From Gemmata obscuriglobus (GTDB lineage Bacteria; Planctomycetota; Planctomycetia; Gemmatales; Gemmataceae): a stretch of 32,000 bases of DNA. Position 1 is the first letter of the stretch. Every line of letters starts with the position of its first letter. Both the position numbers and the translations under genes were made by a program. The notes below the pieces were generated by a model that was not told the origin of the DNA, ran no database searches, and was given only the letters and a program-made list of their open reading frames with translations. Below are positions 7,135 to 15,553 of the stretch, piece by piece. The stretch covers positions 1,830,001 through 1,862,000 of the forward strand of contig NZ_CP042911.1 in assembly GCF_008065095.1 (NCBI RefSeq), in the 5' to 3' direction.

Positions 7135-8091
7135 ATGTCCACCGACCTTTCGCGCCGGGCGGTGCTGGCCGGCGGCGCCGCCGCTCTCGTCGCACGTCAC
7201 GCCGAGGCCCGCGCCGATGCGCCCAAATCGTCCTTCGGGTTCTGCCTGAACACCAGCACCGTTCGCGACAAGGACGGAAAGTCGCGTCCCATCACCGAAC
7301 TCATCGACATTGCCGCGAAGGCCGGGTACGACGCTTTTGAGCCGTGGGTGTCGGAAGTCGACGCCTACCTGAAGGGCGGCGGCACGCTGAAGGAGTTGCG
7401 CAAGCGCGTCGCGGACGCCGGACTGAAAACCGCGGACCTGATCGGCTTCGCCGAGTGGATCGTGGAGGACGCCGACCGCCGCAAGAGGGGACTGGAGCAG
7501 GCCAAACGCGACATGGACTGGGCCGCCGAACTGGGCTGCCCGCGCGTGGCCGCCCCGCCCGTCGGCGCGACCGGCGGGGGCAGCAAGCGCGACGACCCGA
7601 AGTTCACGCAACCGGTCATCGATCTGGTCGCGGCGGCGGACCGCTACCGCGCGCTGCTCGACGTGGGGGCCAAGATGGGCGTCACCCCGGTCGCCGAGGT
7701 GTGGGGGTTCTCGCGGACCATGCGGCGGCTCGGCGAGGCACTATTGGTCGCGATCGAGTGCGGCGACGCGCGCGGGTGCGTGCTGCCGGACGTGTACCAC
7801 CTCTACAAGGGCGGATCGGATTTTGCCGGGCTGCCGCTCCTTTCGGCCTCGGCGATCGGGATCTTCCACGTCAACGATTACCCCAAGATCGGGCGCGACC
7901 GGATCAACGACGCCGACCGCGTGTACCCTGGCGACGGGATCGCGCCGCTGAAGGACGTGTTCGCGGCGCTGCGGAAAATGAACTACACCGGGTTCGTGTC
8001 GCTGGAACTGTTCAACCGCGACTACTGGAAGCAGGACCCGCACGCGGTCGCGAAGACCGGACTGGCGAAAATGAAAGCCGTCGCAGGGTGA
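7135..8091 (+). CDS. Sugar phosphate isomerase/epimerase (xylose isomerase-like TIM barrel) with Tat-type signal
   Basis: MSTDLSRRAVLAGGAAALVA..A twin-arginine-like leader. The body (FGFCLNTST..., AAKAGYDAFEPW, GCPRVAAPP, VAEVWGFS, IFHVNDYP, FVSLELFN) fits the AP-endo2/xylose isomerase-like TIM barrel pattern. Confidence 0.8.
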   Translation: MSTDLSRRAVLAGGAAALVARHAEARADAPKSSFGFCLNTSTVRDKDGKSRPITELIDIAAKAGYDAFEPWVSEVDAYLKGGGTLKELRKRVADAGLKTADLIGFAEWIVEDADRRKRGLEQAKRDMDWAAELGCPRVAAPPVGATGGGSKRDDPKFTQPVIDLVAAADRYRALLDVGAKMGVTPVAEVWGFSRTMRRLGEALLVAIECGDARGCVLPDVYHLYKGGSDFAGLPLLSASAIGIFHVNDYPKIGRDRINDADRVYPGDGIAPLKDVFAALRKMNYTGFVSLELFNRDYWKQDPHAVAKTGLAKMKAVAG

Positions 8092-8092
8092 C

Positions 8093-8171
8093 CAAAGCAA
8101 AAGTTGAAAGTGAAAAGCAAAATAGGATAATGGGATTCCTTTTTGCCTTTTCACTTTCGACTTTTGCCTTG
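8093..8171. terminator. Long AT-rich imperfect hairpin between convergent genes; probable bidirectional terminator
   Basis: Arm 8093-8122 CAAAGCAAAAGTTGAAAGTGAAAAGCAAAA pairs with arm 8141-8171 TTTTGCCTTTTCACTTTCGACTTTTGCCTTG: about 30 bp, 2 mismatches, 1 bulge, 18-nt loop. T-rich on both strands. Flanked by the stop codons of 7135-8091(+) and 8180-9301(-). Confidence 0.6.
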
Positions 8172-8179
8172 TTCCTCGC

Positions 8180-9301
8180 TCATCCCACGACGCTGCTGTC
8201 CCGCACGACGAGGCGGCCGGGCAGCAGCACCTTGGCGAACGGGTCGCCGGGGTACGCAATCCGGTTCTCCATCACCCGCAGTGCGGTCCGCACGATTTCT
8301 TCCGACGGGTACGTGTACGACGACACCCCCAGCGCGAAGCTCTGGCCGATCGGCAGGTCGTCGCAGCCCACAACGGCCACGTCGCGCGGCACGTTGAGCC
8401 CGCGGCGGAACAGCTCCAGAATCACCCCGACCGCGACGTAGTCCTGGTAGCAGATCGCCCCGTCGGCCCCGGCCCGGACGAGTTCGTCGGCGGCCCACGG
8501 GTACGCCTCCCGGGCCTCTAAACGTTCGGGCACTCGCAGCACGAGCGGCGGGCGCCCCGGGCCGGCGTTCTCAAGTGCCGACAGGTAGCCGGCCAGTCGG
8601 TCCGTGTGCGTGCTCGTCGGGGACGCCACCACGCACGCGATCCGCTTGCGCCCCAGCGCGAGCAGGTGTTCGGTGCAGCGGCGGCCCCCGTCGGCGTGGT
8701 CCGAGGCCACCAGGTCGCACTCCAGCCCGCGCCGCTCGCCGCGCAGGTTGCGGTCCAGCAGCACCACCGGGAGCCCGCGCTTGCGGCACCCGGCCAGGAA
8801 CCACTCGTCCTGGCGGCAGTCGCCCTCCGACACGCGCGACGGCAGGAAGAACACGCCCGTCGTCCCGCCCTTCGCGACCGCAGCGACCGCCCGGTCGACC
8901 TCGGCGGCGCCCGCGGTCGGTGGGACCGCGAGGGGCCGCAGCGCGAACGCCCCCTGACCCGCGACGCGCTCGAACCCTACTCTAACAACGGCCTCCGACG
9001 CGCTCTGCCACGGCCCGGGCGACACCCGCATCACCACCGCCCATCGCACCACCGGGTCCGCGCCCCGCTCGGCGGCGTACGAGCCGGACCGGTCGCGCGT
9101 GACCACCAGCCCGCGGTCGCGGAGCAACTGGAGCGCCCGCGAAGCGGTGAACGACGAAACGTCGTAGGTGTCGGCGATGTCGCGGACGGTGGGCAACTTG
9201 CCAATGCTCCACTCGCCCGCTCGCAGCCGGGCCGCGAGTTGGTCCGCGAGGTGGACGTATTTCGGCGACGCTTCGTCAACGGGCGGTTCGGGCCGAGGCA
9301 C
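8180..9301 (-). CDS. GntR-family HTH regulator fused to a LacI/PBP1-type sugar-binding domain
   Basis: GTG start at 9301. N-terminal winged HTH (YVHLADQLAARLRAGEWSIGKLPTVRDIADTYDVSSFTASRALQLLRDRGLVVTRDRSGSY). C-terminal periplasmic-binding-protein-like effector domain (GVFFLP..., PVVLLDRN, DHADGGRRCTEHLLALGRKRIA, AICYQDYVAVGVILELFRRGLNVPRDVAVVGCDD). Confidence 0.8.
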   Translation of the reverse strand: MPRPEPPVDEASPKYVHLADQLAARLRAGEWSIGKLPTVRDIADTYDVSSFTASRALQLLRDRGLVVTRDRSGSYAAERGADPVVRWAVVMRVSPGPWQSASEAVVRVGFERVAGQGAFALRPLAVPPTAGAAEVDRAVAAVAKGGTTGVFFLPSRVSEGDCRQDEWFLAGCRKRGLPVVLLDRNLRGERRGLECDLVASDHADGGRRCTEHLLALGRKRIACVVASPTSTHTDRLAGYLSALENAGPGRPPLVLRVPERLEAREAYPWAADELVRAGADGAICYQDYVAVGVILELFRRGLNVPRDVAVVGCDDLPIGQSFALGVSSYTYPSEEIVRTALRVMENRIAYPGDPFAKVLLPGRLVVRDSSVVG

Positions 9302-9598
9302 ATTGGGCTCCGTCGAAAACTACCAAGCGGTGTGCCATTCAGAGGCGGTGCGAACGGCGGCGGCGGGGCGCGGCAACGGTAACTGCCCGGGATTATTTTT
9401 AACAAGAATACGCAACAGTACCGTGGCAGCAACAGCGGTAGCGTGCCCCGGTGATATTTTTCTGATTGATGCAGATTGTCGGGTGCTTAGTGAGATCTTC
9501 ATGCTTGCTGCGTTGTAGCCCCGAGCCTGTCTCAGTACTCTCTCATCACAGATGTGCCGCCCCGGCTCACGTGTATCATCCTTCTCCCGAGGGTTCCC

Positions 9599-10549
9599 AT
9601 GGTTCGTCGTAACTGGAACGAAAAGGCCGGTTTTACGCTGATCGAGCTGCTGGTGGTGATCGCGATCATCGCGATCCTGATCGGGCTCTTGCTGCCCGCG
9701 GTGCAGAAGGTGCGCGAGGCCGCCGCGCGGACCCAGGGGCAGAACAACCTCAAGCAGATCGGGCTGGCCACGCACAACTACAACGACTCGATCGGCCACC
9801 TCCCGCCGGCGTTCGTTGAATACGGACCGTCGAAAGGGTACAAGGACGGTTCGTGGGTGGTTCACGTCCTGCCGTACATCGAGCAGGACAACTTGAAGCG
9901 GTCGGTCGACACCCGGGCCGGGGACAGCGGGCACTACTACGCGATCACCTACAACCAAGCCCCGCCGAAGCCGTTCATCAACCCGCTCGACCCGTCCCAG
10001 TCGAACGGCGCGTACAACGACAGCGGTTGGGGGATCTACAGCGTGACCGGCTACGTCGCCAACTACCTCGCGCTGGGCGGGCTCGTGAACAAGACGACCA
10101 GTCCGACGTTCATCCTCGACACGAAGAAGAACATCCTCGGCGTCAGCGACGGTACCTCGAACACCATCGCCTTCACGGCCCGCACGGCCGCGTGCGAGCG
10201 CGGCCCTAGCGCGTACCGCGCCTCGTACTCCTCGCCCCTGTACAACATCGCCCCTTACGCCAACGCCAGCGACTGGTACGAGTGGATGCCGGTCATCAAC
10301 TACTGGAAGAACGGCACCTCGAGCGAGGGGTACATCACCGGCGCCGCGACCAAGTTCCAGGTCAACCCGACGTGGGCCGGGAAGACCGCCACCTGCGACT
10401 TCCGGCTGGCCACTCAGATGGGCTCCGGCGGGCTCCCGGTCGCCATGGCCGACGGCAGCGTGCGAATCGTCGCCGCGGGCGTGTCCGGCGACACGTGGTG
10501 GGCGGCCCAGACGGCGACCGGCGGCGAAGTGCTCGGGAGCGACTGGTAA
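9599..10549 (+). CDS. DUF1559 protein with prepilin-type N-terminal cleavage/methylation domain (planctomycete H-X9-DG family)
   Basis: [55 protein letters not shown]-terminal ...[15 protein letters not shown]. Start could also be GTG 9554. Confidence 0.9.
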   Translation: MVRRNWNEKAGFTLIELLVVIAIIAILIGLLLPAVQKVREAAARTQGQNNLKQIGLATHNYNDSIGHLPPAFVEYGPSKGYKDGSWVVHVLPYIEQDNLKRSVDTRAGDSGHYYAITYNQAPPKPFINPLDPSQSNGAYNDSGWGIYSVTGYVANYLALGGLVNKTTSPTFILDTKKNILGVSDGTSNTIAFTARTAACERGPSAYRASYSSPLYNIAPYANASDWYEWMPVINYWKNGTSSEGYITGAATKFQVNPTWAGKTATCDFRLATQMGSGGLPVAMADGSVRIVAAGVSGDTWWAAQTATGGEVLGSDW

Positions 10550-10617
10550 GCTTTCCGTTTCTGGGCTGGGGCCGGATCACCGTGCCCCACTCCTATCACA
10601 ATTTCGGATCACACACC

Positions 10618-10776
10618 ATGCGGCGGTTCGTTGCGCTCGCCCTATTCGCTTTCTGCGTGTTCGTTGCCCTTGGGTGCGGCGACTCCGCCCCCACCGTCAA
10701 CACGGCCCCGACGGACAAGCAAAAGCAAAAGGAGCAAGGTGCCGGTCCCGGTCCCGGCGCCGGACAGAAGAAGTAA
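10618..10776 (+). CDS. Small lipoprotein (52 aa), low-complexity K/Q/G/P tail
   Basis: MRRFVALALFAFCVFVALGCG: signal peptide plus lipobox Cys. Sits directly downstream of the DUF1559 gene. The rest of track ORF 10282-10776 is an out-of-frame overlap. Confidence 0.6.
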   Translation: MRRFVALALFAFCVFVALGCGDSAPTVNTAPTDKQKQKEQGAGPGPGAGQKK

Positions 10777-10905
10777 CGGGCTGTTCCTGTCTGTGGGCGG
10801 CACCGTTACCAGCGGCCCCGATGCGGGCCGCGGAGCCGTCCGCCGGGGCTTTAACACAACCAAAACTGGTGTGGCTTTCGCGCCCAGAACCGAACGAGGA
10901 GCACC

Positions 10906-11862
10906 ATGACTTCCCCTACCCGCCGCGACCTGTTCGGCGCGGCACTCGGCGCCGCCGCGCTGCCCGGGTTCGTTTCCACGGCGCGCGCCGCGGACCGCAA
11001 GCCGGTGCTGCGGGCCGCGCACATCACCGACGTCCACATCACGAAGGACCGCGACGCCAGTAAGGGTGTCGCCGCGATGTTCGCCCACATGGCGAACCGC
11101 CGGGACGGCAAGCCGGACCTGATCCTGAACACCGGCGACGCCGTGATGGCCGTCGACGGCAAGACGACCGGCGCGAAGGCCGCGGAGCAGGTCGCGCTCT
11201 GGAAGCAGGCCGTGAAGGCCGCCCCGGCGCCGATCCACTCCTGCCTCGGCAACCACGACGTTTGGGACGGCAACGAGCCGACCGCCGAGGTGCCCGCGGA
11301 GAAGAAGGGCTTCGGCCTGATGACCGAAGTGCTCGGCATGCCCGCCCCGTACTACAGCTTCGACAAGGGCGGGTGGCACTTCGTCTCGCTCAACAGCATG
11401 TGCAACTGGCCGAAGTATGCGACCCTCTCGCCCGAGCACTTCGACTGGCTCAAGGCCGACCTGGCCAAGACCAAGCTCCCCACCGTTGTGCTGAGTCACG
11501 TGCCGATCCTGAGCGTGACCTCGCAGGTGTACGGCGACAGCTGCCGCAAGAACAACGACAACGTCGTCCCGGGCATCTGGCACCACACGGACTGCTGGGC
11601 CATCAGCGAGGTGTTCCGCAAGAACCCGCACGTGAAACTGTGCCTGAGCGGGCACATGCACACGTGCGACCGGTGCGAGTACCGCGGGGTGTGGTACATC
11701 TGCGGCGGGGCCGCGTGCGGCGCGTGGTGGAACGGCAGCGAGTACGGGTTCCCGCCGTGCTACGGGGCCATCGACCTGTTCGCCGACGGCACGTTCAGCT
11801 ACGACTTCGTCGATTACGGCTGGGCCGCCCGCAAGTGGAACGGCAAGGAACTGAAGGACTGA
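10906..11862 (+). CDS. Calcineurin-like metallophosphoesterase with Tat-type signal
   Basis: GAGGAG 5 nt upstream of the ATG. Leader MTSPTRRDLFGAALGAAALPGFVSTARA. Metallophosphoesterase motifs HITDVH, NTGDAV, GNHD, SHVP, GHMH. Confidence 0.9.
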   Translation: MTSPTRRDLFGAALGAAALPGFVSTARAADRKPVLRAAHITDVHITKDRDASKGVAAMFAHMANRRDGKPDLILNTGDAVMAVDGKTTGAKAAEQVALWKQAVKAAPAPIHSCLGNHDVWDGNEPTAEVPAEKKGFGLMTEVLGMPAPYYSFDKGGWHFVSLNSMCNWPKYATLSPEHFDWLKADLAKTKLPTVVLSHVPILSVTSQVYGDSCRKNNDNVVPGIWHHTDCWAISEVFRKNPHVKLCLSGHMHTCDRCEYRGVWYICGGAACGAWWNGSEYGFPPCYGAIDLFADGTFSYDFVDYGWAARKWNGKELKD

Positions 11863-11979
11863 TTGTGTTTGGTGTGGTTTGGTGTTTGGTGTTTGGTGTT
11901 TTCGTATTTTGCCCGAGCGGTAGTATGTGAACCGCGACGGTGAAACACCAAACACCAGAACCCAACCCACACCCAAAAA
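11863..11979. repeat. Low-complexity inverted repeat: 40-nt pure G/T arm versus ~37-nt A/C arm
   Basis: 11863-11902 contains only G and T (TTGTGTTTGGTGTGGTTTGGTGTTTGGTGTTTGGTGTTTT). 11943-11979 is A/C apart from one G (AAACACCAAACACCAGAACCCAACCCACACCCAAAAA). The inner ~19 bp (11885-11903 with 11942-11959) pair almost perfectly; the outer parts pair imperfectly. The right arm abuts the next start codon. Confidence 0.7.
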
Positions 11980-12638
11980 TGTCACTTCCGAACCGCCCGA
12001 TCGAGTGGGCCGACCGGCTCGCCAAGCTCTACACCCCTGTCGTTGCCGATGTGCTGGACAAGCTCGGGTTCCGCAACCAGAGCATGAACCCGCGGGTCCG
12101 CCCCCTTTGGCCCGAGGCGAAGGCCGCCGGGTTCGCGCTCACCGTCCAGACGGTCCCCGCACGCGAGCAATCGCCAGCACAACCGTATGCCGGTGAACTG
12201 GCGGCGGCCGATTCGCTCCGGAGGGGCGACGTGCTGGTGGTGTCGGAGTCGGCGTGTAGCTTCTGGGGCGAGCTGCTCTCGACCGCCGCGACGTACCGCG
12301 GGTGCCGCGGCGTCGTACTCGACGGCCCCACGCGCGACTCGCTCGCGATTCGGGAGATGGGGTTCCCCGTCTTTCATGTCGGGTTTCACCCTGCGGACAG
12401 TCTCGGGCGACTGGACGTGACCGCGCACAACGTTCCCATCTCGTGTGCGGACGTACTGGTGTACCCTGGCGACCTGATTCTCGCCGATCACGACGGTGTG
12501 GTCGTGGTGCCCAACGGGGTGGCGGAGGAGGTGCTGCGGCTCGCCGAGGAGAAGGTGAGCGGCGAGAACCTCGTTCGCAAGGCGCTCGCGGGCGGGATGA
12601 CCACCGCCGAGGCGTTCAAAAAGTACGGCATCCTCTGA
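11979..12638 (+). CDS. RraA-family protein (RraA / 4-hydroxy-4-methyl-2-oxoglutarate aldolase-like)
   Basis: LYTPVVADVLDKLGF, GDVLVVSE...FWGELLSTAATYRGCRGVVLDGPTRD, GFPVFHVGFHP, VYPGDLILADHDGVVVVP. Start is placed at ATG 11979; the upstream part of the ORF is the AC-rich repeat arm. Confidence 0.8.
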   Translation: MSLPNRPIEWADRLAKLYTPVVADVLDKLGFRNQSMNPRVRPLWPEAKAAGFALTVQTVPAREQSPAQPYAGELAAADSLRRGDVLVVSESACSFWGELLSTAATYRGCRGVVLDGPTRDSLAIREMGFPVFHVGFHPADSLGRLDVTAHNVPISCADVLVYPGDLILADHDGVVVVPNGVAEEVLRLAEEKVSGENLVRKALAGGMTTAEAFKKYGIL

Positions 12639-12670
12639 ACGCCGGGCGCGGTGGCCGCGTCCCGACGTTC
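12638..12670. terminator. GC-rich hairpin between convergent genes
   Basis: GAACGCCGGGCGCGG-tgg-CCGCGTCCCGACGTTC, imperfect (1 mismatch, 1 bulge), no clear T-tract. Confidence 0.45.
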
Positions 12671-12678
12671 GGCACGCG

Positions 12679-13140
12679 TCAGCGAAGGGCGGCGAGGCTG
12701 TTGTGGGCCAACCCGGTTTCACGGATCTGCTTGACGCTGATCTGGGCGGACGGCTTCATCCCCGGGCGCACGTAGTACACGCACACGTGCGCGAGCGGCG
12801 TTCCCGCCGGGATGCGCTGTTGCGCCGGGGACGGGCGGCCGGCCTCTTCGCCGGGCATTTGAATCATCCACCGGTCGTTACCCGGCAGGTCGTACAGTTT
12901 GAGAACCCCGGTCTGCTCGTCGTAGGTAATGCGGTCGGCGTCCGGCGCCGGCAGTTGCGACCGGAGGGCCACCCAGGGCGGGTCCTGCGTACCGACGCCC
13001 GACGACGGCGGTTGGCCGGCGGTCGGCACGGTCGGCGCGCCGCACCCGGTGAGCGCGAGCGGAAGGGCGAGTACGGCGGCGAGCCGCGCGGGGCTCGTTC
13101 GGACCGCGCGCGGGGACGGGGGTGGTGAAAATGCGGTCAT
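12679..13140 (-). CDS. Hypothetical lipoprotein
   Basis: From ATG 13140: MTAFSPPPSPRAVRTSPARLAAVLALPLALTGCG, a signal plus lipobox. High third-position GC. No recognisable domain. Confidence 0.65.
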   Translation of the reverse strand: MTAFSPPPSPRAVRTSPARLAAVLALPLALTGCGAPTVPTAGQPPSSGVGTQDPPWVALRSQLPAPDADRITYDEQTGVLKLYDLPGNDRWMIQMPGEEAGRPSPAQQRIPAGTPLAHVCVYYVRPGMKPSAQISVKQIRETGLAHNSLAALR

Positions 13141-13333
13141 GGGAACCCTCCTCCGTGGGGCGCCGTTGTGGGAGAGGCGAATCTCGGGCCGTGGCCCCGT
13201 TAGTCGATACCGGTCAGAGGCGGCGACCAAACACGGGACATCTACGGGGTGATCCGCATACTTGAAGCGTAGCACCTGATCGTGTCAAGCGAAAGAGGCG
13301 GAGCCAGAACGACACAACCGGCTGGCCGGGCGT

Positions 13334-13525
13334 TCAGTCCCTCAGCCAGATGAGGCCGAGTGTGAAGGTCGTAACTCCGATCAGCCCGCCGGTGAGGGCG
13401 GTGACGGAGAAGTCGTCCGTGATTGATATCCGGGCGCCGGCCGAACCACTGAGTACCGAGAGACCGCCCCAGATGAGGGGCACACTGCTAAGAACGGTGA
13501 GTACAAGACCGGCCAGTCGCTTCAC
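13334..13525 (-). CDS. Small hypothetical membrane protein (63 aa, two hydrophobic segments)
   Basis: GTG start. LAGLVLTVLSSVPLIWGGLSVL and LTGGLIGVTTFTLGLIWL. Hand-counted GC3 is about 75 percent. No homology recognised. Confidence 0.4.
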   Translation of the reverse strand: MKRLAGLVLTVLSSVPLIWGGLSVLSGSAGARISITDDFSVTALTGGLIGVTTFTLGLIWLRD

Positions 13526-13682
13526 GTGAAATCCTCCGCGGGAATCGGATACCGAGGAACGGGCGCGTTCGTGTCACGGCCCAATATTCCTTTGGCACGC
13601 AAGGCCGCGGCTGTCACGCTCGGGTGCGCAGTTTTATCGGCACGCTGTCAGAAAACGCTACTGATCGGTGCGCCGTCGGCCC

Positions 13683-15365
13683 TCATTTCGCGCCGCCGAT
13701 GATCTCGACCATCTTTTCGGTCTGCATCGGGCGGTCGCCGAGGCAGTCCGCCGTGAGCCGAAGTTTGAACCACGCTTCGGCGGGCCTGGTCCCTTTGAAC
13801 GTGAGCGTGTAGGTCCGCTCGCCGTTACCCGGGATCGATTCCGCCTCGAATTGGATGGTGTTGCTGTCCGTTCTCCCCTTCGGTGTGGAACCCGTTACAC
13901 TCACATTGTCCGGGATATCAATCAGTAGCTGCACTTTGCGAGCGGCCTCGCCGCCGACGTTCTTCACATTTACCGTGAATGTGCCTTCTTTGCCGACTTG
14001 AACGGCCTGCGGCGGGAACAGTGTTTCCCACAGCAGTGCCGCCGTGCCTTCGAACGTGGTCGCCAGCTCTTGCGATGTGCGGATGCCGCGCGCGTCCGCG
14101 GCCCGCGCCGTGAGCACCCACCGCCCGTTCGTATTCGCTTTCACCGCGTACCGCAGCGACACGGCCTCTTTGGGCTCCAGCCGCGGGATCTGCCAAACCA
14201 CCGAGTCCCGGTAGACGGTGCCGCCGTTGGTCCGACTGGTGGGCAAACAGTTGACCGGGATGCTCCCCGTGACCTTGATGTTCGTGCTGGGGAGCGTTCC
14301 CGTGTTGCGCACCACGATTTCGTACTTGGCGGACTCGCCGGGCTTGACCACCTCGTTCCCGGTCGGGCCGGTGAATTTCATTTCGAGGCCGGGAACGAGC
14401 ACTTCCGTCCGGGCTTCCGAAGGGCGATCCGCGACCAACTTCGACCCGGTCACGTTGGTCAGGGTGAACACCTCGGACGCCTCGCGCGCCGTGACTCGGT
14501 ACTCAATCACCTTCCGCTCGCCCGGGAGCATGCGCCCGAGGTCCCAGCGCCACTGCTGGCCTTCGTTGTGTGGTGCGCGAGTTGCGCCCGTCGTGATCGG
14601 TTCGAACTCGGCGGACTGTGTCAGGTTCTCGATGATCCGCACGCCTTCTGCGGGAACTTTTCCCTGATTCTGCACCAGTATGCGCACCGTGTAGGCTTCG
14701 TCGCGCACCGCCTGCTTCGGCGCGGACTTCGTGACCTTGACCGTGGGGGTGCCGATCTTGGTCGTTACCGCTTGGCCGTGCTCGTACCGCACGTACGCGA
14801 GGTTTTTCAGCTCCTTGGTGCCCGGCTTGGGGCGCAAGGTCAGTTCGACCGACTGCGACTTGCCGGCTTTGAGCGTTCCGAGATTCCAAATCAGTTGCTT
14901 GTCGGTTTTCGCGTCGTCGGGCATCGGTTTCGCGGTGACGAACTCGGCCGCTTCTGGCGCGAGCGGGTTACGGAGGCTCACGGAGTGGGCGTCCGCCGCC
15001 GAGACGTTCTGCACGGTGAGGACGTACTTGATGTTCTCCCCGTCGAGCGCGTCGGCCGGGACGCGCACGCGGACGGTGACGACCGGGTACGCGGGGTCTT
15101 GAACGTTGGTCGCGGGCCGCGGGAACTGGCCCGGAGTGCCGGGCACGCGCTGCAAGAGCTGAGCCTGCTCAACTTCTCCCGTCGGAACGTCCAGGGGCGT
15201 GAAGTGCTCGGTTTCGGCCGGTAGGGCGGGTGGGAGGTTGCCGAACGTGAGTTTGGCCGGTTCCTGAGGGTGTTGCGCCGGCGCGGTCAGGGCGATCACG
15301 GCCCACACCACGACCACCACCGCCCCGCCGACCGCCGCCGACCGCGCGTGCTGCCACCGGCTCAT
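13683..15365 (-). CDS. DUF11 (conserved repeat domain) protein with N-terminal membrane anchor
   Basis: N-terminal AVGGAVVVVVWAVIALTAPA. Four to five repeats of the DUF11 pattern: YVLTVQNVSAADAHSVSLRNPL, YTVRILVQNQGKVPAEGVRIIENL, YEIVVRNTGTLPSTNIKVTGSIP, FTVNVKNVGGEAARKVQLLIDIPDN. Confidence 0.8.
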   Translation of the reverse strand: MSRWQHARSAAVGGAVVVVVWAVIALTAPAQHPQEPAKLTFGNLPPALPAETEHFTPLDVPTGEVEQAQLLQRVPGTPGQFPRPATNVQDPAYPVVTVRVRVPADALDGENIKYVLTVQNVSAADAHSVSLRNPLAPEAAEFVTAKPMPDDAKTDKQLIWNLGTLKAGKSQSVELTLRPKPGTKELKNLAYVRYEHGQAVTTKIGTPTVKVTKSAPKQAVRDEAYTVRILVQNQGKVPAEGVRIIENLTQSAEFEPITTGATRAPHNEGQQWRWDLGRMLPGERKVIEYRVTAREASEVFTLTNVTGSKLVADRPSEARTEVLVPGLEMKFTGPTGNEVVKPGESAKYEIVVRNTGTLPSTNIKVTGSIPVNCLPTSRTNGGTVYRDSVVWQIPRLEPKEAVSLRYAVKANTNGRWVLTARAADARGIRTSQELATTFEGTAALLWETLFPPQAVQVGKEGTFTVNVKNVGGEAARKVQLLIDIPDNVSVTGSTPKGRTDSNTIQFEAESIPGNGERTYTLTFKGTRPAEAWFKLRLTADCLGDRPMQTEKMVEIIGGAK

Positions 15366-15553
15366 GAATGCACCCTCACCTGCGTCCCGGTGTTCGTTCG
15401 ACTCGCGGTGGGGATATAGTGTTTTCAGCGAAGCTGCGAAAGGTCAAGTCGGGGCGACCGCGGCCCCGCAAATGCGGTTGACGGGTTCCACCCAATGTTG
15501 ACAATGGCGTGTTAGTTATCGGCCATGCCGGCCAACCGGAGAGGGACAGTTTG

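Noticed and set aside
10642-11985. 447-aa minus-strand ORF, and 11262-11930(+)
   Set aside because: Antisense or out of frame to the metallophosphoesterase, which shows all canonical motifs. The ends are translated from the GT/AC low-complexity repeat.
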